A stretch of DNA of 64,000 nt from Octopus vulgaris. Lineage: Eukaryota. The DNA lies in assembly GCA_951406725.2 (NCBI GenBank), contig OX597815.1:69254001-69318000 (forward strand). Direction: 5' to 3'. Positions 52,451-64,000 of the stretch are shown one piece after another. Both the position numbers and the translations under genes were made by a program. The notes beneath the pieces were generated by a model. It was not told the origin of the DNA. It saw nothing but the letters and a program-made list of their open reading frames with translations, and did no database searches. How positions within the stretch are numbered: position 1 is the first letter of the stretch; the number at the start of each line of letters is the position of its first letter.

Positions 52451-55400
52451 AAAGTGATTGAGAACGATGACTTATAAACAAAGTTGAGATAAATGTCCTT
52501 GATCTAAGAAAGTTGAAGAGACAGCAGAAAGAAAAAAAGAAAAGAAAAAGAGGAACAGAGAAAGAAAAGACTTTGGTGGTGGCTAGATACTAGCTGTAGC
52601 AAATTCACAAGGATAGGAAGAACACACAGGTAAGTTGTTGTTGTTTAACCCACAGATAACCTGAATGAATAGGCTTATGTATGATTAGAGGTATTTTAGC
52701 TGGGACCATTCCATCTTTTTGTATATCTATAGTGTTGAATGTGTTCTTCCTGTTTTTAAGATAGCAGGGTGTAATCAGGTCGCTATTTCTAGCAGGTTGA
52801 GTAAACATATACAAGCTCCTTCAGCTTGTGTCTAGGTAAGTTTCTGCACGTGACAACTGAGTGCATGACGAGAGCAAGTGTGGGTGTGTGTGGAAGAGGA
52901 AAGTTCAGTAAAATCAGTGACTAAAAGTCATTTGTTACAGATGTTGAGTTGAGAGAAAAGAGTAGTAAGAGGAGTGGACTGTACATATAAGCAGAGAAAA
53001 GTAGTTGAGATACAGTGTAGTTGTGACAGTAAGAAAGAAGAGTAGGTGCAGATCTTGTAGAGGTGGTGGTTAGAACGCCTAACTCTGACCAGACACACTT
53101 ATAACCAAACATATATCAGCATATCAGCTATGACCACTACATGTTTTGGGGGCAAGTAGGATTATAATTATCTAATGTGTTCTGTACTTATACAAGCTGG
53201 TATGGTGAGATCTGAGGGTTATTTCTACTAGATCTAGCAATCATATAGAAACGATTTCAGCAGAAAGTTGAACTAAGACCATAATGATGGAGTATATATT
53301 AACATGGCAAGCTGGCAGACTCATTAGAACATGGGGAAAAATACCTTGCGGTATTTCTCCCAAAACTTAACATTCTGAGTTCAGACACCATCTTAGTCAA
53401 TTTTACTTTTGTTCTTTCAGGCTTGATAAAGTACTAAGGTTATCGGTAGTGACTAAACCCCTCTTCCAAATTACTGACCTTGTACCTTAATTAGAAATAA
53501 TAATTATTGAGAATACATACATACATACATACAATATAGACAAATAATACTATTAACTATATGTAAGTGCATCGTTTTAGTTATGATAATTAGGACTAAT
53601 TAGTTAATAATCATATTTATATAAGTATAATTAATTACATACATCTGAATAAGTGAAATCATCATCATAATTTAACCCTTTTTCATACTTGCATGGATTG
53701 GATGGAATTTGTTGAAAAAGTTTGTACAGCTGGATACCCTTCCTGTCACCAACACTCACTTGTTTTCAAGCAAGGTAACCTTTTCCCATACTCATACATG
53801 TTTAGATTGGAGACGAACAACCTTGCTTGTTTGACAATAACGATAATTTACAACCATCACGTGATGTCTAGACAAGGGTATATATGCACATATTAAACAT
53901 GTTCTACTAAAAACACTGACAACTCAGGCATATAGAAACCACCATACCATATAAGGTCAGAGTAAATGTATCACTGTGGAGAGGTGGGGAGGGAAAATAA
54001 GACTATTTTTTTGTTAATAGAAAAAGCAAGTTTAGTTGAAGGTAACAGGTGATGTACTTCCTAGTTGAGATGAACACTGTCCATTACCTGGAACATCTAC
54101 TTTTCAAATAAACAATGACTAACTAAATCATACATTATGTATGAATGTGTGGGTGAGTGTATGTATGAGAATAGTGTTGGATACTATAATAAATGCAAAA
54201 GCCTGTGTAAATCTAAGTGTAGCCAAATATTAACCCAACTTAACCCTTTCAAAACAAAGATTTGATGGACTATAAATATATCATCATCATTGTTTCAAGG
54301 TTCACTTTCCCATGCTTGCATGGGTTAGATGGAGTTTGTTGAGGCAAATTTTCTATGGTTAGATTCCCCTCCTTTCACAAACTCTCACCTGTTTCCAAGT
54401 AAGTTTATATTTCTCCATGGCTAGACATGTTTTCATGGAAGATTGGAAACCAAGAATACTGCTTGTATGATGATGACACTTGCTTTACAACAATCACATG
54501 ATGTCAAGAGGACACACACACCACAGGCTTCTGTCAGTTTCTGTCTACCATATCAACTTAAAAGGATTTGGTTGACTCAGGGCCAGAGAAGACAGTTGCC
54601 CAAGATTCCACACAGTGGGACTGAATCCAGGACTAACTGGCGGGAAAGCAAACTTCTTAATCACATAGCCACACCTGTGTCTATAATATATATATAAAAT
54701 ATTATGGCCAGAATAGGGTCTAATCCGAGTGAGTGGTTATTAAGTGAGGAGAAGCAGTTAAATTTGTAAAATAATGGTTGATAAAGCAAAGTTTACTAAA
54801 GAAATATAGTGTAAAATAATATCTCAACAATCGTTTTCCCAAATCTTTTAGTAAGGAATGAAGGCAGTGCCCATAATCTGTTACAGAGTTTCCAAGACTG
54901 GTGGAAGGAAAGGAGGGCAGTATCCTCAAACCAGAGATCAGGTCCAAATGCTTGCAACAGAATGGTTTCTGCTAAAGACACCCAAGGTGCCTGACAGTGG
55001 TGGTGTTAGAACCACTAGTATCAATTCCCTTTCAGATAAGATAATTTCATTAATTATAAGATTTCATATGACCTGAAAGAATTCTTTAAGCTGTGAGGCA
55101 CTATTGAAATGATATGAAATAAACAGATCTTTTAGATTGAATCTGCTGTTATATAAAATGGACCTGTGTGTCTACTTATATCCAAATAAGTCTTAAAAAA
55201 AAAACCCAACAAAGTTTCAGAATAAATCATCTTGTTTACTCACAAATATATAGATATTACAGAGATGGTTGTTTTATGTGACCATTACTAAATTTTAATC
55301 GTATTCAGAGGCAAAATGGGAGAGAATTTTGTTGAATGAATTTAATAGAAATAAAATCAATTGCTATTCAAGGTATTTGTCTGTCTACCTTAGAATGGTG

Positions 55401-58400
55401 TTCTAACAACTTGTGAATTATATATTTTAGAATGCATCTTCAACAGAAGAACAAGTCAGTCACTAAACTGATTAAATTGCATTATGGCTAAACGTGTAGC
55501 TCCTCCAAACATCATGGGCAGGCAACTCCCCCATTTGTTTGGACAGTTTTCTACAGGTTTTCATAGAACTTTGTAGAAAAGTAGGCATTTTAAATAGACT
55601 TTTAATGGAAAGAACAGTAGAAGTTTGTATACTGGGAGAAGAAATTGTAATATGTTGAGTATAGCCCTCATCGAACATGTTGAAAAGCTGTAAAAGGGGC
55701 TGAAAATTCTGCGTGTGTGTTTGTGTAGTGGTGTATCCCAGACAGAAAAGTGTATGGTCACAATACCAATGTACAGAAGGTACAAAAGGATAAGAAGTGA
55801 AAATAATTGAAAAGCAAACACACATGCATGCATGCACACACACACTGTAAAAAGGTTAGTTGTCACTTGCAAGTATGACCTGGTAGCCAGTACCACACTT
55901 TTGCTTACTTTATGAATCCATGTAGTCACAAGCAGGCACAGACACCCTTTTAGTCTTCCCACTCAGTGGAACATTGAGAACATGGCAGCTAGAGAGAGAG
56001 AGAGAGAGATGAAACAAACAGTTCAGCTGGCACTCATTTTTAGCTGAGTAGACTGGAGCAGCAAGAAATGATGTACATTTCTCAAAGGTAAGTGCTACTC
56101 AGTCCAGGAACTGAACACTTGGGCTTATGATTGTGAGAAGGCAAAACACACAGAAGGCAAAATTGAAATGAAAATATGAATCTCTTAATTTTAACAATAA
56201 GTATTCAAATTGGACAATCAAATGAACCTGAACTATGTACTTATTGAATTAAAGAGGAAGTGGTTGAAAATTCCACAGACATTTGCAGTGTTACAAGGTT
56301 GGCCCTTTGAATTACAGGTACAATCTATTTGATGGGCTCCCAGTTTTTGTCTACACAATTTCTCTCACAAAATTTGGGCTGATCTGAAACAAGAAGAGAT
56401 TTCATGATTGCACAGCAAACATATTGATCATTTGGTTATTGCATGTGTCCGTGTACATGCACACACATATCAATTTGCTTTCAGTATGATTTAAAATATT
56501 TATCAGAGTTTGGCACAGTCCTCTGGCTCAAACCACCCAACCTACACCATCATGGAAAAAGAATATAAAATGATGATGATGATGTCGTTTGTTTTCAAAT
56601 CCATTCATAGACAAAGAAAACACAAGAGATGTTAATTTAAAAATCTAAATTATTGAATTTTGTGTTATGACAGAAATACAGACATATCTGAATCATAGAT
56701 GACTTAGAAGACTGACAGGCCATTTCAACTGCAATATATGACCTTCAGACATAGTCCCCACCCTAACCCAATGGAGGTGGTGAATGCCAACAAGTTCATT
56801 CAATGTTGATATTGGTGCTGCTATCTAGAAGGGTAGAGGAAAGGGTGTTATGTTCAACAAAGGTGTGATATTAGATACAAGTGAGGAAACAAGATTATTT
56901 GTCTTGTAGGTTGCTGGAAACGACATTCTGCCAAAAGTAAATATTCACAGAAATTGAAATTAAACAAGACTGCAGTTTGGAAATAGATGTTTTGGAAGGC
57001 AACATTCTTGAATGTGTTTGCTTCAGTTAACAGATAAGAGTTCTTTGGTTAAAAAAAAAAACAAAAAAAAAAAAACCCATGGTTAGGTAAATCTAATATA
57101 TAGGAAAGTCTAACCAAAGTTCTGTAAAATGAAACCATATATTCTTCAGACAGGAAAAAACTAGAGAGGAAGTAAAATGCAATAAAGTTAAAAAGAATTT
57201 TGAAGTTTTTGCAATCTCATGTGATTTTGTGATTCATGAGTGAGAGAGAGAGAGAGAAGGGAGGGAGGGACAAAGAAAAAATTTCAAAAACTAATTGAGA
57301 AATAAAATTGGTTTTCTTTGAATAATATCTGGATATACTATCAGAGAACTTAGAATTTCTTAACTTCTTTCCTTTGTTGTATAAAATAATGCTGCAGCTG
57401 CATAAAAAAAAAAAACCCAACAAATCTTCGATATCTTGCAATAAAATCAGTAGCACTATAGATAAAAGAGAAATTTAAAGATTAAGAACTGCATACCAGC
57501 TTCAATGAAAGCAATTGGGAAAACGCAAGGTAATATATCTTCAAGGTTAGCAACATTAGTGAATCTTAGTACAAAACTATTGTTTCAGAACAGATGGCTA
57601 CACACTAATAATCACTTGGAATAAATATAGCATTCAGAGTTTACCTAAATCTACTTTGAAATTCCAGTTGTTGAATGAAAATAAAATTAGATTTGCTCTG
57701 AGCCATTAACTTGCTTTTTAAAACATTCCAGTAAATAAATATTCAGATCTATTCACATAGCCACCAGCCTTATATTATTAAAGTGAGGAATATATTTGTT
57801 ACATCATCAATCACACCAACAGAATCATACCAACAGAATTGATTTTTCTAAAAAAATATTTTTTAAAAATAGTTTTACTGAAAAACCAAGCTTTAAGGTA
57901 CATTCGAAACATTAGTTAGCTACTGTTGTTGAAACAAGATTTGTATCTGAATCACTTCATAACAAATTATGATCCACAGCACTACTTCAGCTTAAAAAAA
58001 AAAAAAAGCCCCTTAAAACTGGCAGAGTTGTTAGCAGTATTTTGTCTGTCTTGACATTCTGAATTCAAATTCCGCTGAGGTTGGTGTTGCCTTTCATCCT
58101 TTTTCAGGGTTGGTAAATTAAGTACCAGTGAAACACTGGAGTTGATGTAATTGACTAGTACTCTACCCCCAAATTTCAAGCCTTGAGCATTCAGCTGAAA
58201 GGATTATTATTATAAAGCTAAGTTTTATTTCCATAAACAGAAAACTTAGTCACACCATCAAATCATCAGGTACTGACAACACAACCAAATTTCGAGCATG
58301 CTTACACATACCCATCCCCAAAATTCAAGTCTTTGCATGACATAATTTGAAATATCCAAACATGAACAGAAAAATCTCAGTATTTTATATAATATGTCCA

Positions 58401-59559
58401 GTGTTTAGTAAGACCAGAAGAGAATAGAAAGCAAAATATCTATATGTGTGTGTGTCAAAATATTAGCAAATTTTGTTTTTCTAACCCATTAAAATATACA
58501 GACTGCTTAACTTTGAAGCAAACCAAAGTTGAATAGCCACACACACATGCACCCCCCCCCCCAAAAAAAAAGAAACCTGCTAACATAGCTCTCTTACTAA
58601 CAATTAGCCTTTATTTCTACCATGAAAATCTCATTGACATATGAAAACATGATGCAGATTGCTCAATAAGGTTAACTGGTTGAAAGGTAAGTACAAAAGC
58701 AGTGGGTCAACATTATAAAGAATATCAAATCACACAAAAAAAAAAAAAATCCTAATAATTAGTGAAAAAAAATTAAACCTCAATTGGTCAAACAAACAAT
58801 TGTAATTTAAATTAGGAGCTCTAGATATAAACATTCCTTATATTACCTAATTTCAAAACAAACTAAAATAGTTGGCTTTCTCAGGGACCATCAATAAATA
58901 TGAGGCATTTTCTGAAACCAACAACTTGCCATCAGCAGTCACAACTTGGATATGACAGAAGCCAATTAACTATCAAAAAAATGTTTAAGAAAATGTCTAA
59001 ATCTTATTGCAATGTTTACTAAATTCACATGTCATATCACTTTACATTGACCAGACCAGAACAAATAAAAATAAACACAAGTTATTCAGAAGCATTAGGC
59101 ATTGAGTTTTTTTTTTAAATTCTTGGTAAAAAAGTTATGTATTTTTGGTAAAACGTTACTTACTTTCAACCTTTATTATCTGATATATGTAAGTTTAAAT
59201 ACAATGCTAAACACAGGTAGGATTATGGGGATAAAAAATTTGCTTTGCAATCTGTGGATTCCTACTGTATGGTCCCTAGGATAAGTGCTGTATTATGACC
59301 AAATGGTTAAGATGTTTGCTTCACAACCATAAGCTCCCATTTTGTATAGCCTTAGGTCAACCCAAAGCTTGTGAATGAAACTGAGTAGACAGAAACTAAA
59401 CACAAGAATGAGTACAACACTGTCACAAACTGTGCTACATTGATTCTGTATGAGAATTATGTTAAGAACACACATGAGTGTGGAATATTCAAACATATAC
59501 ATATCAATTCAGTTGATCAAACAACTGCATCTTCATTGAACGAGATCTACCACATATTA

Positions 59560-60250
59560 CACAAGGTGTTATCATAAAGTTTCTAGACTATACATGCCAT
59601 GATTGTACTGTTCAATGAAAATGTGTGCCAACCATTGGAAGCCAGCCTCTTTAATCTAAACATAGGCTGCTTGCTATCTTCTCATATTCAGTTATTATGT
59701 GAGGGTTTGTAATGGAAGTACAGAATGGTTCTGTGATTTTTAACAATGGATAATATATAATTCGAACAGGCCAGCATCAAATTTTGCATGAGTCTTGGTA
59801 AATCTAGACCCTTGAAATGCTTCATCAGTCTTTTGGTCAAAAGAGAATGGTTTGAGGTACACATGTATACACGATGCAAGGCCAGTGGAATGTCAGTTCA
59901 AGATAAAGAGCATTGAGGGTAACCAGACACTTGTAAAACACTAGAACATAACAGTCATCAACCTACCCATATGGTTGGAATCAGTTATGGAGTCTTCCCG
60001 AAATTCACACTAAACTTGCCACCCACCCCAGTTCTTGATACTTCATCAAAAGCAGTGGTATTCCAAGGTGGTTTGGAATTTTTGGGAGAAAGCTAACACT
60101 GGCCAAACTTTCACCTCTGAAATCATTAACAGTATTGAAAGTTGGGTTTATGACTACAACCCAGAAACAAAATATTGTTATTGCAGCAGAAGAGCTCATA
60201 GTCCCCGCAACAAAAGAACGTGAACAAATCCAAAGTGCAACAGAAGTTAT
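59560..60250 (+). mobile_element. Degenerate mariner transposase fragment
   Basis: EQASIKFCMSLGKS...LEMLHQSFG and TFTSEIINSIESWVYDYNPETK (compare IITGDESWVYxYDPETK). Confidence 0.65.
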
Positions 60251-60540
60251 TTATATAAGAAGTGTAACTGGATGGTTAAGAAGTTTTCCATCCAAACACA
60301 TTTTGGGGTTATGGGGCACTGGATGGTACTTTAAAGTGACAACAAAAGGTTCAGGTGCTAGCCATGAAACAAACATCACTTTGACAGCTGGCTCAAGCTG
60401 TTGGTTTAGAAGCTTGCATCCTAATCATATGGTCTTGTGTCCAGTCCCACTGGGTAGTACCTTCGGCAAGTGTCCTCTACTACAGCCCCAGGGTGAAAAA
60501 CCCTTGTGAGTGAATTTGGAAGATCAAAACTGAAAGAAGT

Positions 60541-60581
<41 letters not shown>

Positions 60582-61122
60582 ATTTGTGTCTTCTTGCCTC
60601 AACATTGCATGATAGTTTTAAATGAATATCATATCTAACCATGAGGAAATATTACCATGCTTGGAAGCACGTGTAGAGTTGACAACAGGAAGAGCATCTG
60701 ATTATAGAAAATCTGTCTCAATAAATAAATAAACAACCAGCAAGTATTAGACATAATACCATGCAGTAATTTGCTCAGCTCTTCTCCAGGGTCAAAAAAT
60801 AAAGTACCAGTCAGGCATTGAGGTTGATAGTATCAACTAATCCCACCCATGTCAAAATTTAGGCCTTGTGCCTAAATTATAAAACTATCAAAACTTTTAT
60901 AAACTTCTCAAGGTAGTGCTCCAGTATGGTCGCAGTCCAATGACTGAAACAAGTAAAAGAGATTCCTTTCCTACTCTTGTGACATACAGTAAACAAGTGA
61001 CTGGCTAATTGGAAACGTATCCAACAAGGCTATTTATAAAAACTGTGATATAGAAAAAGGAGAAAAATATAAGAAATATACTACTAAATGAAAAAAAAAT
61101 CTTTTGCATACATATATATAAA

Positions 61123-61347
61123 TATGGCCCAGTGGTTAGGGCAGCGGACTTGCGGTCGGAGGATCGCGGTTTCGATTCCCAGACCGGGTGTTGTGTGTTT
61201 ATTGAGTGAAAACACCTAAAAGCTCCACGAGGCTCCGGCAGGGGATGGTGGTGATCCCTGCTGTACTCTTTCACCACTCTAAAGGCGGTGCTCCAGCATG
61301 GCCGCAGTCAAATGACTGAAACAAGTACAAAAAAAAAAAAAAAAAAA
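61123..61347 (+). mobile_element. Young tRNA-derived SINE with CR1-like tail and poly(A)
   Basis: tggcccagtggttagg (A box), ggtttcgattccc (B box), CpG-retaining body, and tail ggcggtgctccagcatggccgcagtcaaatgactgaaacaagta followed by an A-run. Confidence 0.75.
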
Positions 61348-61577
61348 TATATATATAAATATACATACACACATATATATATATACATATGTACACACAC
61401 ATATACATATATATATGCACACATATACATATATAGACATATATATATACACACACACACACATACATACATATATAGACATATATACACACACACACAT
61501 ATACATATATAGACATATATATATATATATACACACACACATACATATATATATATACACACACACACACATATATA

Positions 61578-61793
61578 TATATTCCCTCTCGTGTGTGACC
61601 CTTCTATTAGAAGTCAGTCGCCATGATAGCCACTACACACATTTTTTTCTCTCCTTGTTTTTTCTGTGTCCCTTTCTGTAGAAGAGCGTAGGCTCAAAAC
61701 GTAAAAGACTTTCTATTCCTGAGCGATATACTAATACATCTGTTTGTTTTGTACATCACCTGTCTTCGTCTTTTGTTTTTTTTCGTAAACTCT

Positions 61794-61800
<7 letters not shown>
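61578..61800 (+). mobile_element. Solo pLTR of the Neptune-type PLE; hammerhead at 61672-61707 with G12 changed to A
   Basis: Nearly identical to 3719-3905, but GCTCGAAAC reads GCTCAAAAC; flanked by TA/ACAT microsatellites. Confidence 0.8.
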
Positions 61801-61840
<40 letters not shown>

Positions 61841-62233
61841 TATGTACTTATATGTATATACATATAAATATACATACATACATATAAATATACATACATA
61901 CATATATATACATACATACATATATATACATACACATACATACATATAAATATACATACATATATATATACATATATATATATACATACATATAAATATA
62001 TATATATACATACATATAAATATACATACATACATATAAATATACATACATACATATAAATATACATACATACATATATATATATATACATATATATATA
62101 TACATACATACATATAAATATACATACATACATACATATAAATATACATACATACATATAAATATACATACATACATACATATAAATATACATATATACA
62201 TACATATAAATATACATACATACATACATATAT
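61797..62233. repeat. Compound (TA)n/(ACAT)n microsatellite with higher-order TATAAATATACATACATACA units; a similar tract lies at 61350-61580
   Basis: Direct inspection. Confidence 0.9.
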
Positions 62234-64000
62234 GCCAAAAGCTTACCACAAGATGAGACAATGTCTAATGAAAAGAAAAAAATGGAGGAAAATAAAAAAG
62301 ATTGAATTTATTTTATCTTCTCCAAGAAGAAGATTAATGGTCAATAAATTTAGAACTACAAATAGCCAAAATAGAGAATCACTTCCAACACATATCAAAC
62401 ATAATGTCTACATATTAGAGAGACAATGGCATAAAGCAAGATAAATTATAAAAATATAATAAATTACTTTAAAAAGATTATTGTGTTGTGTGACAAATTT
62501 AAATGAAATCAGTAAAAGCTTTTGAGAATTATCTGAATAGTCAGAAAAAGAAAAAAAAGAAATCAGAAATTAAAATAGGCCTTATATATAAATAGAACTC
62601 ACTGCCTGATACAGTAATTACTTTTAAAATAATCCTAAAATCGTTATAGAAGGACACTTCAGATATAATTATTACTTATGTATAAAGCATTAGGTAAAAT
62701 GCATAACCACAGAAAAAAAAAGTGTATGCAATAGGGATAGAAAATAGACTAAAAGGATGAAGTATGATTGAGAGGTTAAGTGACATTGCTAGAGAACGTA
62801 ATCAGAGACTTAATGGAAAGTGTGTTAGCATGCATATGAGGAAAAAGTATGATAAACACAAGATAATGGTGAAATGTTTGTAGGGAACAAATGATATAAA
62901 CTGCATCTTGTGTGTATCATAATTTCTACTGCATTTGCTCTGTATATCATAACCAATAAATATTATTGAGTACAGTACTAACCACACCACTTTACTGGAA
63001 TTAGACTGAAGGATGATAATCTGTATGTGCTCAACTCACCAATAGTAGTTGTAGGTCTGTGCACATAAGAAATACCTTATAAATGTAAGAAAAAAGAAAG
63101 TGTCTTTAAAGAGAAAGGGGATTGACTATGTAATATGTGAATATGCATTTCAGATAAAATATGCAGAGAGATTACAGATGAAGAGATTACTCTTTATATC
63201 TCCTGATAAGTAGGACAAGTGTAGTTGAACTGGCCATAATATCACTTTATTTAAAGTGTTAAGGTAGAAATCAAATTAAAAACTAAATGATTTAAGATCA
63301 GGTTACAAGCCTATAACTTTTATATAATGGCTTAATGCTAGAAGAGAAGGTTATTCTTACTAAAACTTAACCTAAATGATTGCATCAGAGAGGACTTCAC
63401 CAAAACACCTAAGGTCCAAGGTAGTGTTAACCTTTTTGCAATCATATTTTTGTTAAAATATGTGGATCAGTCAGACAATTGAAACTAAGACAGCTGGAAA
63501 TTTGCAGGTAGCTATTTTCATCAAACAGATTAACCTGTCACTGCAAATTTTCTACAGCCACCATTCAAAATTGGTGTCAGGAGCTTATGTGGGATACAGG
63601 ATTGTGCACTATTTCAGAGTAGGCATATGTAATATCATCTTGCACAGCCTGGAAGGAAATTTGCTCTCAAGTTGAAATCGACATTCATGAGTGATGTTGT
63701 ATAGATTAAGGCGAGTGATAATGAAATGCATGGATTTTCAAATACCAGCATTAAACTCTATGTGAAGGATGATGATGATGATGGTGGTCAAGTCAAATCA
63801 TAAGATGCAGAAAATAAATCTATTTTTAAATAGTATAAAAACACTGACAGAAATACAGAAAAAAAACCCCCATTAAGATTGTTTAGTCATAGCTTATAAA
63901 TAATAAGATCATCATGCAAATTATATATTGGTTTTAGGGGTGAATAAAGAAGTGTCTAGGTATTGTTACCAGCCCTTATTTTCATATTTTGTGAATAGAA

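Noticed and set aside
61123-61190. Possible tRNA gene (also 17912-17970)
   Set aside because: A and B boxes are present, but there is no complete cloverleaf acceptor stem and the sequence runs into a SINE body.

Overview
AT-rich, microsatellite-dense animal genomic DNA. The repeat content looks like a coleoid cephalopod (octopus-like); this is an inference, not a database result. One protein-coding gene is supported: a minus-strand GATAD2/p66 (NuRD subunit) orthologue. Three phase-compatible coding exons (38705-38413, 36314-36114, 28649-27014) join into a 709-aa protein. A candidate 3'UTR of about 4.4 kb ends near 22620, and the 5' part of the gene probably runs past 64000. Positions 1-21 kb are a transposon graveyard: Neptune-type Penelope-like elements (PLEs), CR1, RLE-type (R4/Dong-like, HERO-like) and RTE LINE relics, mariner, maT, a Helitron, MITEs and SINE chains. 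The most notable unexplained signal is a set of short elements inserted in (TA)n tracts, from about five sequence-unrelated families, each carrying a minimal type-I hammerhead ribozyme motif with a palindromic stem III. One family has a recurrent CUGUNGA core variant, one forms a 405-bp palindrome with a hammerhead on both strands, and one lies sense-oriented in a GATAD2 intron. Almost all short ORFs in the supplied track are microsatellite artefacts.
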